In this document: piece by piece, positions 37,510 through 45,687 of the stretch | Position numbering within the stretch: the first letter of the stretch is position 1 | How the letters are laid out: every line of letters starts with the position of its first letter | NCBI GenBank assembly: GCA_003142795.1 | Contig: PLNN01000059.1 | Location: 36,535 to 82,221 of the forward strand | Reading direction: 5' to 3' | Source of the DNA: Candidatus Omnitrophota bacterium | GTDB lineage: Bacteria; Omnitrophota; Gorgyraeia; 2-01-FULL-45-10 | Length of the DNA: 45,687 nucleotides | Made by a program: the position numbers and the translations under genes | Notes under the pieces: model-generated | Database searches by the model: none | Seen by the model: the letters and a program-made list of their open reading frames with translations, nothing else | Told to the model about the DNA's origin: nothing

Positions 37510-38547
37510 TTAGAATTGCTCCAAAAATCGGACATCATTCTCGAAAAACATCCTTATGTCGCTCACCCCATACTTCAATATGGCGATCCGCTCTACGCCC
37601 ATGCCGAACGCGAATCCCGTCACCTTCTTCGGATCGTATCCAACCTTTTCAAATACTTTTGGGTTGACCATACCTGCGCCGAGGATCTCGAGCCATCCTT
37701 TGCCTCCGCAGAGGCTGCAGCGTTTCCCGCCTATTTTTTGCGCGTCCCCGCCGCATATGATACACGATATGTCGATCTCAGCGCTCGGCTCCGTGAACGG
37801 AAAGAAGCTCGGACGAAAACGCATCTTTATCGATTTGCCGAACATCGTCTTGGCGAATATCGACAAGACGCCTTTCAAGTCCGAAAATTTTATGTTATCT
37901 CCTACGGCAAGGCCTTCTATCTGGTGGAACATGAACGAGTGCGATGCGTCCGTGGCGTCAGGCCTGTAGACCTTGCCCGGCACGACTATCGAAAATGGAG
38001 GTTTATTTTTTTCCATGAACCGCGTCTGGACGGGGGACGTGTGGCTGCGCAAAAGATATTTGCCGCTCGATTTTAAATAGAAGGTATCGAATGCATCGCG
38101 CGAAGGGTGCTCGAGGGGAATATTCAGCGTTTCAAAATTGTAGTGTTCTGTCTCGATCTCCGGCCCCTCGACCACCCTGAAGCCGATAGAGATGAAGATC
38201 CTGCATATCTCGTCGATAGTTCTCGTGATGGGGTGCAGATGGCCGGGTTTTGATAAGATTCCCGGCAGGGTTACGTCGAGAGCCTCTTTTTCTTCTTCGA
38301 TCCCGGCGGCCGAATTTAATTTTTCATCCAGCGCCTTCGTAACCGTATTTTTCAAAAGATTGAGGAGCTGCCCTGCTTCCGGTTTTTCGGATGCCGGTAA
38401 CTCCGACATCTTTTTGAATAATTCGGTTACAACGCCTTTACGGCCGAGATATTTTATGCGCAAGCCCTCGACAGCATCCTTAGAAACGGCTGCAGAAGTT
38501 ATTTCCTGGAGAGCTGCCTGTTCGAGTTGTTTGATCTGGTTTTTCAT
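37510..38547 (-). CDS. pheS: Phenylalanine--tRNA ligase alpha subunit
   Basis: HPSRDAFDTFY, LLRSHTSPVQ, FHQIEG, FPFTEPS and GFAFGMGVER; Zn-finger insert CIIC...CSLC. Confidence 0.97.
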   Translation of the reverse strand: MKNQIKQLEQAALQEITSAAVSKDAVEGLRIKYLGRKGVVTELFKKMSELPASEKPEAGQLLNLLKNTVTKALDEKLNSAAGIEEEKEALDVTLPGILSKPGHLHPITRTIDEICRIFISIGFRVVEGPEIETEHYNFETLNIPLEHPSRDAFDTFYLKSSGKYLLRSHTSPVQTRFMEKNKPPFSIVVPGKVYRPDATDASHSFMFHQIEGLAVGDNIKFSDLKGVLSIFAKTMFGKSIKMRFRPSFFPFTEPSAEIDISCIICGGDAQKIGGKRCSLCGGKGWLEILGAGMVNPKVFEKVGYDPKKVTGFAFGMGVERIAILKYGVSDIRMFFENDVRFLEQF

Positions 38548-38568
38548 GGAATTATTCTAGTAATTGCG

Positions 38569-38637
38569 GAAAATAGGGACACATCCCATTTTTCTTTGAG
38601 CCTGACTCTGGGAAAAATGGGATGTGTCCCTATTTTC
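38569..38637. repeat. Inverted REP doublet (REPIN-like), copies 6-7, between rplT and pheS
   Basis: GAAAATAGGGACACATCCCATTTTTC (38569-38594) and its perfect inverse (38612-38637) with a 17-bp spacer. Overlaps the rplT stop. Confidence 0.88.
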
Positions 38638-38983
38638 ATGCCTTCGCGGCTTCGACCAACTTTGTAAATACTTTTGGATCCGTTACCGCCAGGTCCGCAA
38701 GGACTTTTCTATCAAGCAATATCTTCGTTTTTTTAAGGCCCTGTATGAAACGGGAATACGTTGTGCCATTAAGCCTGCACGCCGCGTTGATCCTCGCGAT
38801 CCAGAGCACCCTGAAATCCCTCTTTTTCGCTTTCCTGTCGCGGTAGGAATACATCATTCCCTTAGCGACCGATTCCTTTGCGCGCTTGTAGAATTTTGAC
38901 CTGCCGCCCCATTGTCCTTCGGCGGCTTTCAGTACCCGTTTCCTGTGTCTCTTTGTTGCAACAGCATGTTTGACCCTACTCAT
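38636..38983 (-). CDS. rplT: 50S ribosomal protein L20
   Basis: MSRVK..., [24 protein letters not shown] and [10 protein letters not shown]. Confidence 0.97.
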   Translation of the reverse strand: MSRVKHAVATKRHRKRVLKAAEGQWGGRSKFYKRAKESVAKGMMYSYRDRKAKKRDFRVLWIARINAACRLNGTTYSRFIQGLKKTKILLDRKVLADLAVTDPKVFTKLVEAAKA

Positions 38984-38994
38984 CGTTATCCCCC

Positions 38995-39195
38995 TTATGC
39001 TCCGTACGGCAGCATCTTATGGATGCTCTTTAATTCGCCCTTCGCTACATAGCCGGGCTTGCCGAGAAGCCTTTTTCTCTTCGATCTCTTGCCTGTCAAA
39101 AGATGGCCCTTCCCGGCCCTGAAATGCTTCGCCTTGCCGCTTTTTGTTATCCTGATCCTCTTTTTAGCGCTTCTATTTGTCTTCAATTTTGGCAT
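38995..39195 (-). CDS. rpmI: 50S ribosomal protein L35
   Basis: [21 protein letters not shown]...HLLTGK...LPYG; lies between infC and rplT. Confidence 0.97.
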   Translation of the reverse strand: MPKLKTNRSAKKRIRITKSGKAKHFRAGKGHLLTGKRSKRKRLLGKPGYVAKGELKSIHKMLPYGA

Positions 39196-39213
39196 GTATA
39201 ATCCTCGCTCTAT

Positions 39214-39723
39214 TTATTTTGCCCTTATTAGCATGTTGATGAAACGGCCTTCGAGCCTGGGTGATTCTTCTATCTCGCCTATCTGCGATATGTCGCTCGC
39301 GAGCCGCTCCAGGATTTTTCTCCCCAGGTCCATGTGCGACATCTCTCTGCCTCTGAACATCATAGTGACCTTGACCTTGTCGCCTCTTTTCAGGAACTCC
39401 TCGAGATTCTTAAGCTTGAACAGATAATCGTGTTCCCCGATCTTCGGGCCCAGGCGCACCTCTTTGATGTGGACTATCTTCTGCTTTTTACGCGCCTCTT
39501 TCTCCCTTTTCTCCTGTTCGTATTTGTATCTGGAATAATCTATGATCCTGCAGACCGGCGGGACTGCCGTCGGCGCCACCTCGACCAGATCGAGCCCTGC
39601 CTCTTCGGCGCGCTTGATCGCGTCGGGAACCGTCATCACTCCGAGTTGTTCGCTATTCTCACCGACTACCCTGACTTCCCTAGCCCTTATCCTCGCATTT
39701 ATCCTTAGGTCTTTCTTAGCGAT
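39214..39723 (-). CDS. infC: Translation initiation factor IF-3 (probable ATC start)
   Basis: RINARIRAREVRVV, LDLVEVAP, PPVCRIIDY and FRGRE. The ORF-track GTG (39732) lies inside the SD AGGAGGT, while an in-frame ATC sits 7 nt downstream of the SD. Confidence 0.93.
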   Translation of the reverse strand: MAKKDLRINARIRAREVRVVGENSEQLGVMTVPDAIKRAEEAGLDLVEVAPTAVPPVCRIIDYSRYKYEQEKREKEARKKQKIVHIKEVRLGPKIGEHDYLFKLKNLEEFLKRGDKVKVTMMFRGREMSHMDLGRKILERLASDISQIGEIEESPRLEGRFINMLIRAK

Positions 39724-39739
39724 ACCATTCACCTCCTCT

Positions 39740-41455
39740 TTATCTTACCTTTTCCCGTATCTCTTTCTGTATCATCTGTATGAATTCTTCTACACCCATC
39801 TTCCCCATGTCACCTTCGGACTTTGACCTGACCGAAAGGGCTTTCTCGCTTATCTCCGTCTCGCCGAGGATCACCATGTAAGGGGCTTTTTCCACTTCCG
39901 CATCCCTTACTTTTTTCTGCAACCTCTCGTTCCTTGTATCGAGCGTCACCCTTATATCGTTCTCGAGAAAGATATGCTGTATTTCCCTGGCATAACTCAG
40001 GGCCTTTTCGGAGACGGGTATTATAACACATTGGGTCGGGCTAAGCCACAACGGAAGCGCCCCGGCAAAATGTTCTATCAGGGCTCCCATGAAGCGCTCC
40101 AGCGAGCCTAAAATGACCCTGTGAAGCATTATCGGCCTGTATTCTTTCCCATCCGGGCCTATATATGCCAATTTAAATCTCTCCGGAAGGGCGAAATCGC
40201 ACTGTATTGTCGCGCATTGCCATTCTCTGCCGAGAGCGTCTTTCAATTTTATGTCTATCTTCGGGCCGTAGAAAGCGCCGTCTCCCTCGTTTATGGTGTA
40301 ATTCAGATATTTGCGCTTTAGCGCTCCGACCAGGGCGGCCTCCGCGGCTTCCCAATCGGCGTCGTTACCTATCGATTTCTCAGGTCTCGTCGATATCTCG
40401 ACCGAAAAATCCTCGAAACCGAAGACGTTTAGAGTATCGACGACAAAATCTATTACTTTGATGATCTCGTCCTCGACCTGTTCGCGTAAACAGAATATAT
40501 GCGCGTCATCCTGGGTAAAACCGCGCACTCTTAAAAGGCCGTGAAGGACGCCGGACTTCTCATTCCTGTAAACGGTGCCCAGTTCAAAATATCTTATAGG
40601 AAGATCACGGTAGCTCCTGGTCTTCGATTTATAGACGAGAATATGGCCGGGGCAATTCATCGGCTTTATCGCGTATTCCGCGCCCTCGACTTTGAATATG
40701 AACATATTCTCTTTGTAATAACCGTAGTGGCCGCTCGTTATCCATATATCGCTCTTCATTATATGCGGCCCGAGGACAAGTTCGTAGCCGCGCTTTAAAT
40801 GCTCTTTGCGGATATAATTCTCGATAATGCTTCGGAGCATCGCGCCCTTCGGATGATACAGGACAAGGCCGGGTCCAACCTCTTCATTGAAACTGAAATA
40901 TTCGAGCTGTTTGCCCAGGACGCGGTGATCTCTCTTCTTGGCCTCTTCGATCAGCGTAAGGTAATTTTTAAGTTCTTCCGGTTTTTCGAATACCGTGCCA
41001 TATATCCTCTGGAGCATGGGATTGGTCTCTATACCGTGCCAATAGGCCCCTGCTATAGAAAGGAGCTTGAACGCCTTTATCTGGCCGGTCGATTCGATGT
41101 GCGGGCCGCGGCAGAGGTCGGTAAGATCGCCGTCTTTATAAAGCGTAACAGTATCTCCGGGTATTCTTTCTATGAGCTCGAGCTTATAGTTCTCGCCCAT
41201 CTTTTTGAATAATGTAATCGCGTCGGCCTTTTTTAATTCTTCACGCTCGAACTTGTAATTCTTTCTGATGATATCGCGCATCTCGGCCTCGATCCGCTCA
41301 AGATCCTCGGGCGCGAACGGCTCTTCTTTATCAAAATCGTAATAGAAACCGTCCTCAATGGACGGACCTATGCCGAGCTTGGTATTCGGCCACAGATGCT
41401 TTACCGCCTGCGCCATCACGTGCGATGTTGAATGTCTTAATGCGTTTAAATCCAT
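39740..41455 (-). CDS. thrS: Threonine--tRNA ligase (lacks the N-terminal TGS domain)
   Basis: LRHSTSHVMAQA, DLCRGPH, KRDHR, KPMNCPGH, RVRGFTQDDAH, GAFYGPKID and HRVILGSLERF. Confidence 0.97.
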   Translation of the reverse strand: MDLNALRHSTSHVMAQAVKHLWPNTKLGIGPSIEDGFYYDFDKEEPFAPEDLERIEAEMRDIIRKNYKFEREELKKADAITLFKKMGENYKLELIERIPGDTVTLYKDGDLTDLCRGPHIESTGQIKAFKLLSIAGAYWHGIETNPMLQRIYGTVFEKPEELKNYLTLIEEAKKRDHRVLGKQLEYFSFNEEVGPGLVLYHPKGAMLRSIIENYIRKEHLKRGYELVLGPHIMKSDIWITSGHYGYYKENMFIFKVEGAEYAIKPMNCPGHILVYKSKTRSYRDLPIRYFELGTVYRNEKSGVLHGLLRVRGFTQDDAHIFCLREQVEDEIIKVIDFVVDTLNVFGFEDFSVEISTRPEKSIGNDADWEAAEAALVGALKRKYLNYTINEGDGAFYGPKIDIKLKDALGREWQCATIQCDFALPERFKLAYIGPDGKEYRPIMLHRVILGSLERFMGALIEHFAGALPLWLSPTQCVIIPVSEKALSYAREIQHIFLENDIRVTLDTRNERLQKKVRDAEVEKAPYMVILGETEISEKALSVRSKSEGDMGKMGVEEFIQMIQKEIREKVR

Positions 41456-41475
41456 GGGTTTACCTTTATTGATAC

Positions 41476-41562
41476 TGGTGCCGGGAGGGGGGGTCGAACC
41501 CCCGTGGCCTTGCGGCCGAGGGATTTTAAATCCCTTGCGTCTGCCAATTCCGCCATCCCGGC
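41476..41562 (-). tRNA. tRNA-Leu (anticodon TAA), CCA encoded
   Basis: GCCGGGATGGCGGAATTGGCAGACGCAAGGGA-TT-TAA-AA-TCCCTCGGCCGCAAGGCCACGGGGGTTCGACCCCCCCTCCCGGCACCA, with a long variable arm. Confidence 0.96.
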
Positions 41563-41584
41563 CTACAAGTGATAATTTGACGCT

Positions 41585-41613
41585 ATTTTATTACTATTTA
41601 CCGTATATATCAA
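41585..41613 (-). promoter_or_regulatory. Sigma70 promoter for tRNA-Leu/thrS operon
   Basis: TTGATA (41613-41608), 17-bp spacer, TAAAAT (41590-41585). Confidence 0.6.
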
Positions 41614-41626
41614 GCTATTTTTCCAT

Positions 41627-41699
41627 AAAAAACCCGGGACAACGGCTCTATTCAGGACCGACGCTAGTAAGCCCTGAAGGGCGTTCCGCTGACCCGGGT
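41627..41699 (-). terminator. Long imperfect hairpin plus U-tract after the giant multidomain gene
   Basis: ACCCGGG-T-CAGCGG...TTCAGGGC...GTCCTGAA...CCGTTG-T-CCCGGGT followed by TTTTT on the minus strand. Confidence 0.5.
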
Positions 41700-41724
41700 G
41701 ACTTCAACTCGCTAAAAATCGACA

Positions 41725-44700
41725 TTATACTGATGCATCGAGAGCCCTCTGCGCTCTCTTCCAATCATCAAGCCGCCTATAGACCGGCACGATGCTTATT
41801 GGTTGTAGGAATATCAGTTTGCCATTACTAATTCTTATGACCTCGCCTTCATTTTCAACCATTCCTTTTAACAGCGAATTTAGCAGGGTAACCGACTCTT
41901 CGCTCACGCTTGTAGCGCTTCTTGCTATATGAAGCGCGAGCATGGCGCGGTATTCAATATCAGGGTGCTTATTCTCCTTGAAGTTACAATCCGTATACGC
42001 ATCCGGAACATCGACGAGATAGATACCGTCCTTTTGCTGGACGCCTGTGCTGTAATTCACCGCCTTGAATTCACCCCTTGATTCATCATTAAAGACTACC
42101 AGTATATATTTCATGCCGTCATGCTCCTTTTTGGTAACCACGTTGGCTTCGTGCTGTATGCGTGCGTCCTTTAAGCCTTCTATGATCCTTCTCGTGGCTT
42201 CCTCGCAATTTTCGCGCGTCTTGGCCATGCCGTCCTTACCATTGACTCTTACAAATGTTTCGATCCGGATGTTGCTTCTCGCGATCCCGGCCCGTTCGAA
42301 TTTCGTCTTCACGGCGGCGCATATGGATTGGACTTCCGCCATGTTCATATCTTCGTCGATGCCGACCAGAGCCGTTACAATGTCGCCTCTTGGCGCCTCG
42401 TCGATGCCCCGCTTTACCATCGCTTTGCGAGCGGCGATCTGATCTTGCAGGACGCTTGTATTAGCAACTATTGTCGTCGGCAGGATGGGCTTCTCTTCAG
42501 TCGGCGGAATATTTTTCTTCTCTATAACAGCGCCTCCTACGACTACGAGCATTTTACCCTCTGTAAGTTCGATCTGCGGTTCTCCTTCGTTCATTTCCGC
42601 GGTTCGTACCCATATTTTCCCTTCGTAGCATGCGATGCGATCAACACGCTCATTGTCAATGCCGCTCTTGCGAAGCGCCTTCCAGAATCTTGCGAGATTA
42701 CCCAGCACTTTCTGCATATCTTTCATGTAATCTTTATATTGTGGCTGCTCGAATATCTTTGCCAAAACATTTTCGGCCAGACTCTGTATGTTTTCTTCCG
42801 TGATATTACTTACTTTATTCGACGCAAGGACCCCGGCAACTGTCTGTGCCAGAATATCGCGGTCGGCTTCCGGAAAATCTTCCAAAAGCCCATTCCAGGC
42901 ATTTGGCAACACCAGTACCCATCCTGTAATCGGTGTCGTCGCGGCAGCGGATGTTAGTTTGTCAATTGCTTCACCAGCCGCAGCCGGCTCAGGCGCGGCG
43001 GACGGGACGGTCAGAATAACGCCAATGTCAAACTCGAGTTTATCGACTGAAAAACCCGCTCTTTGCAAAAATGTCCCTATAGTCTTATCCTCTGTATCTC
43101 CTACTTTTAATCCGGCAAGGCTGTCGCCGGCTTCAGTTTTCCATCTAAGTTTGTCTGTGCGCGTATTTTCCCCGAAAAGCATTGCGGCCTGCCGCGCCGT
43201 TATCGCCGTGATAAGCGCAACCGCCTCTGTGCCATGGCCCCTGCCTTCAAAATCATTGTGGATGCCGAATCTGAATTGCGCGACCCCAAAATCTGGCGAT
43301 TCCGGATTCTCCGATCTATACAGAACGCCGTGGCCGATGATCTGCCGCGTTCCGGCATCCCTTATAGCATATATGTATGTTGGGCCGTCCGAATGGTATT
43401 CCCCGTAGAGCGCGTGATACTGCCTTGCTCTTACATTAAAGAAGGCCATCTCCAGCCGTCCCGACTTAAAAACAAAGCATTCCCCCATATCCAGGCTGTT
43501 TGGCAGGTGTATCGTGCCAAGCTTATATTGTTCGCCCGCGGCCGTCTGAACCATATGCTGCTCTAGTTCTCCATTTTGTTTGGCGTTTCTCATTAGTTCC
43601 GCCCTAAGAGCATCGGCCATGCTTTTTACATCATCCGGGTTTGTAACAGTATCCACAGCCAGCGGCGTAGTCGCTAGATACGCGGGATTGAGCGGGAAAA
43701 TATCACGGGCGGTTTGTGCCGCCTGCTCTCCGCCGGCAGGTTTAGCCATAGCGGGACCTGTTGTTTTTGCAAGTATGAACAGGCTGAATTTTGTGCCGTG
43801 ACCGGCCTCGTGGCCTTCTTGTTTACATAGCGACTCTACTTTCACGTCGGCGCCCTTAGTCTTCTCAACGAATCTCCTCCCAAGTGCCAGGCCCAGTCCG
43901 GTGCCGCCCTCTCTTTCCGATTCATCCAGGCTGAAAATGACGGATCTGCCTGTTTTGGGGTCTATCGTATTAAGTTTTGCCGCGGGGATACCGTCTCCGT
44001 CATCTTCTATGTCTATCCTCACGTATTCTTTACCGTCTTCGCCGGCTACCCGCGACACGGCGACTACCGGCACATTATTTGCATAATGAATGGCGTTTTT
44101 AAGAATGTTATATATCGCGACCTTCAGATACATGTCATTAGAATTTATTACCGTCCCCTCCTGCACAGTAAATTTAGGCTCGATTTTAGCTCCCGCAAAT
44201 TTACCTTCGCGGTTTTTATCCGTAGCGTCTATAGCGTCTTCTACCAATACCTTTAATTCCGATGGGCCCATATCCCTGGTTTTGAGGTCATTGTTGATAA
44301 AGCCCAGCATATTATCAAGTATATCCAGAGCCTTGTCGAACTCCTCTCTTACTACCTTGTCATAGATCTCCGCGTTGTCCTGGATCGCGCTTCTCGCTTC
44401 TATTATAATTTCTCTCGCGGAAACGAGCTCGGCCACCCCGTCCTCAGCCGTTGCCAGGTCCAGGTCGCCGCCTATCGATTCCTGTCCTATCGTATCTATG
44501 CTTGTCTTTAGGCTTTCGCGCGCTGATTCAAGCTTCGCGACTATGCCGCCCTTATAGTGCTTACCTTCAAATATCTTCCTCATATTAAGCAGGCATTCGA
44601 GTACATCGGACATCGTAGCGTCATGTCTTATGCTTCTTATAGGCATCGCTATGTCCTGGATCTTCCTGGATATCGACAAGGCCCTGGCAGCCCTGCCTTC

Positions 44701-45687
44701 CGAGCCTTCCGCCGTTTCCTGCCTGGACAATACTGTAAGGCTTTGTATATACTCGTCGATGGTCTGCCCAAGTTTCGTGCGCACTTTTTCGAGTATTTCC
44801 GCTTCTGAGAGAGCAGGCACCATCGTGAAAGCCGCGTGAAGTTTGTCGTTGGGACGGTCGAATGCCAGCTTTACCGCAATATCAACCTGACCCGGGAAGA
44901 TCTGCCGGACGTTATTAAATCCGCTGCTGGCCAAAGCATCCACCACTCTTTCCCTGTTGGCCAATACTCTCCTGACTTTATCGATCTTATCCTGCGCGGT
45001 CTCGTCTTCTCTTATTACCGAATTTACGCAGCCCCCGGCAACTATGACTTCTACATCATCGCTTGTGCCTATTTCGGGATCTTCGGCGGCATGAGATATT
45101 TCAGCCAATACGTTCCCAATGCCGGCCGGCGATGCGTGGGCAACGCGCGTTACTCCCGTTCTTCTGTTGTGGATTATTACTCCTATGCGGGATATGATAA
45201 GGGGGAGGCCGACATTTTCAGCCACGTCGCTTTCAAACTTCATTGCCGAACCTATGCTGATCTCTCGCGCATTGTCATATATTTCGTTAAATTCCTGGGC
45301 ACTGGTATCATAATGGCCTGGGTCAAACGGGCCTTCTGCCGCGAGAGCTGCGATGTCCGACGCATTATTCAGCATTATCGTTTCTACCTTTAATTCTCCT
45401 GGAATGGGTGCCGGCTTTGCTGCAACGGACGGCAGAGGAACATTTAAATCGGCGAGCTTACCTTCTACATATTTTTGAAAGAAGTGGTCCGGGTCGCCGG
45501 CATGATCTTTTAATAAACTCTGCAGGTATGTGACATCCCCTTTTGTAGCGGCATAGTCAACACAGAATTTCATCCTGTCGCTCATGTTATTGCTGATAGC
45601 TTCGGGTGAGGCAAATACCGGGTTACCCTGAGGATCAAACATCCTTTCGATATTGCATGCCTTAGTATGCCGTTCATTTTCAGGAAT
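41725..45687 (-). CDS. C-terminal part of a large multidomain protein (CheD-like, HisKA-like/HATPase_c and GNAT-like modules); 5' end probably outside the window
   Basis: The frame stays open from the track ATG (45642) to the window edge. HATPase boxes YNILKNAIHY, IEDDGDGIP, GGTGLGLAL and GHGTKF. GNAT-like FEGRGHGTE. Pro/Ala linkers between modules. Confidence 0.75.
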   Translation of the reverse strand: MPENERHTKACNIERMFDPQGNPVFASPEAISNNMSDRMKFCVDYAATKGDVTYLQSLLKDHAGDPDHFFQKYVEGKLADLNVPLPSVAAKPAPIPGELKVETIMLNNASDIAALAAEGPFDPGHYDTSAQEFNEIYDNAREISIGSAMKFESDVAENVGLPLIISRIGVIIHNRRTGVTRVAHASPAGIGNVLAEISHAAEDPEIGTSDDVEVIVAGGCVNSVIREDETAQDKIDKVRRVLANRERVVDALASSGFNNVRQIFPGQVDIAVKLAFDRPNDKLHAAFTMVPALSEAEILEKVRTKLGQTIDEYIQSLTVLSRQETAEGSEGRAARALSISRKIQDIAMPIRSIRHDATMSDVLECLLNMRKIFEGKHYKGGIVAKLESARESLKTSIDTIGQESIGGDLDLATAEDGVAELVSAREIIIEARSAIQDNAEIYDKVVREEFDKALDILDNMLGFINNDLKTRDMGPSELKVLVEDAIDATDKNREGKFAGAKIEPKFTVQEGTVINSNDMYLKVAIYNILKNAIHYANNVPVVAVSRVAGEDGKEYVRIDIEDDGDGIPAAKLNTIDPKTGRSVIFSLDESEREGGTGLGLALGRRFVEKTKGADVKVESLCKQEGHEAGHGTKFSLFILAKTTGPAMAKPAGGEQAAQTARDIFPLNPAYLATTPLAVDTVTNPDDVKSMADALRAELMRNAKQNGELEQHMVQTAAGEQYKLGTIHLPNSLDMGECFVFKSGRLEMAFFNVRARQYHALYGEYHSDGPTYIYAIRDAGTRQIIGHGVLYRSENPESPDFGVAQFRFGIHNDFEGRGHGTEAVALITAITARQAAMLFGENTRTDKLRWKTEAGDSLAGLKVGDTEDKTIGTFLQRAGFSVDKLEFDIGVILTVPSAAPEPAAAGEAIDKLTSAAATTPITGWVLVLPNAWNGLLEDFPEADRDILAQTVAGVLASNKVSNITEENIQSLAENVLAKIFEQPQYKDYMKDMQKVLGNLARFWKALRKSGIDNERVDRIACYEGKIWVRTAEMNEGEPQIELTEGKMLVVVGGAVIEKKNIPPTEEKPILPTTIVANTSVLQDQIAARKAMVKRGIDEAPRGDIVTALVGIDEDMNMAEVQSICAAVKTKFERAGIARSNIRIETFVRVNGKDGMAKTRENCEEATRRIIEGLKDARIQHEANVVTKKEHDGMKYILVVFNDESRGEFKAVNYSTGVQQKDGIYLVDVPDAYTDCNFKENKHPDIEYRAMLALHIARSATSVSEESVTLLNSLLKGMVENEGEVIRISNGKLIFLQPISIVPVYRRLDDWKRAQRALDASV

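Noticed and set aside
38548-38635. pheS attenuator (pheM) or T-box leader
   Set aside because: The spacer is only 88 bp and is filled by the REP doublet. No Phe-rich leader peptide or T-box motif is visible.
41476-41725. Prophage or island attachment site at tRNA-Leu
   Set aside because: No integrase is present, I found no duplicated tRNA 3' end in the window, and thrS follows the tRNA directly.
43068-43081. Partial match to the REP motif (ATGTCCCTAT) in the large gene
   Set aside because: It is a short match without the complementary arm and is probably coincidental.
28-45393. Numerous plus-strand and nested ORFs in the ORF track (e.g. 4998..5798, 8098..8895, 15290..16117, 33193..33936)
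   Set aside because: They are antisense or alternative-frame shadows of well-supported minus-strand genes and have no motifs of their own.

Overview
Bacterial chromosomal window with essentially all real genes on the minus strand. The gene set (giant multidomain genes, B2-less PheT, TGS-less ThrS) suggests a PVC-group organism such as Candidatus Omnitrophota; this is an inference. In transcription order (right to left) it holds: (1) the C-terminal part of a giant multidomain protein with apparently degenerate CheD-like, histidine kinase and GNAT modules; (2) tRNA-Leu(TAA), thrS-infC-rpmI-rplT-pheS-pheT, 6S RNA, rarA and a PP-loop tRNA-thiolase-like gene; (3) a co-oriented accessory region of about 32 kb. 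That region starts with a small RHH-like regulator under duplicated promoters, a 4247-aa haemagglutinin-like secreted protein and a RAYT transposase with REP-like palindromes. Next comes a RiPP-like cassette resembling SynChlorMet: S26 peptidase, two radical SAM/SPASM enzymes, two PqqD/RRE domains, a 121-aa precursor with a lasso-type leader and nine CxxG repeats, an HprK-like kinase, an ABC exporter and a nucleotidyltransferase. The cassette runs directly into a Wza/Wzc/Wzx polysaccharide locus carrying an ExeA-like ATPase, a degenerate HD-GYP protein and a small-protein/kinase-methyltransferase/sulfatase-like trio. The best candidate for an undescribed system is this RiPP cassette coupled to the surface-polysaccharide and giant-adhesin genes. 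All calls come from motif reading only; no searches were run.
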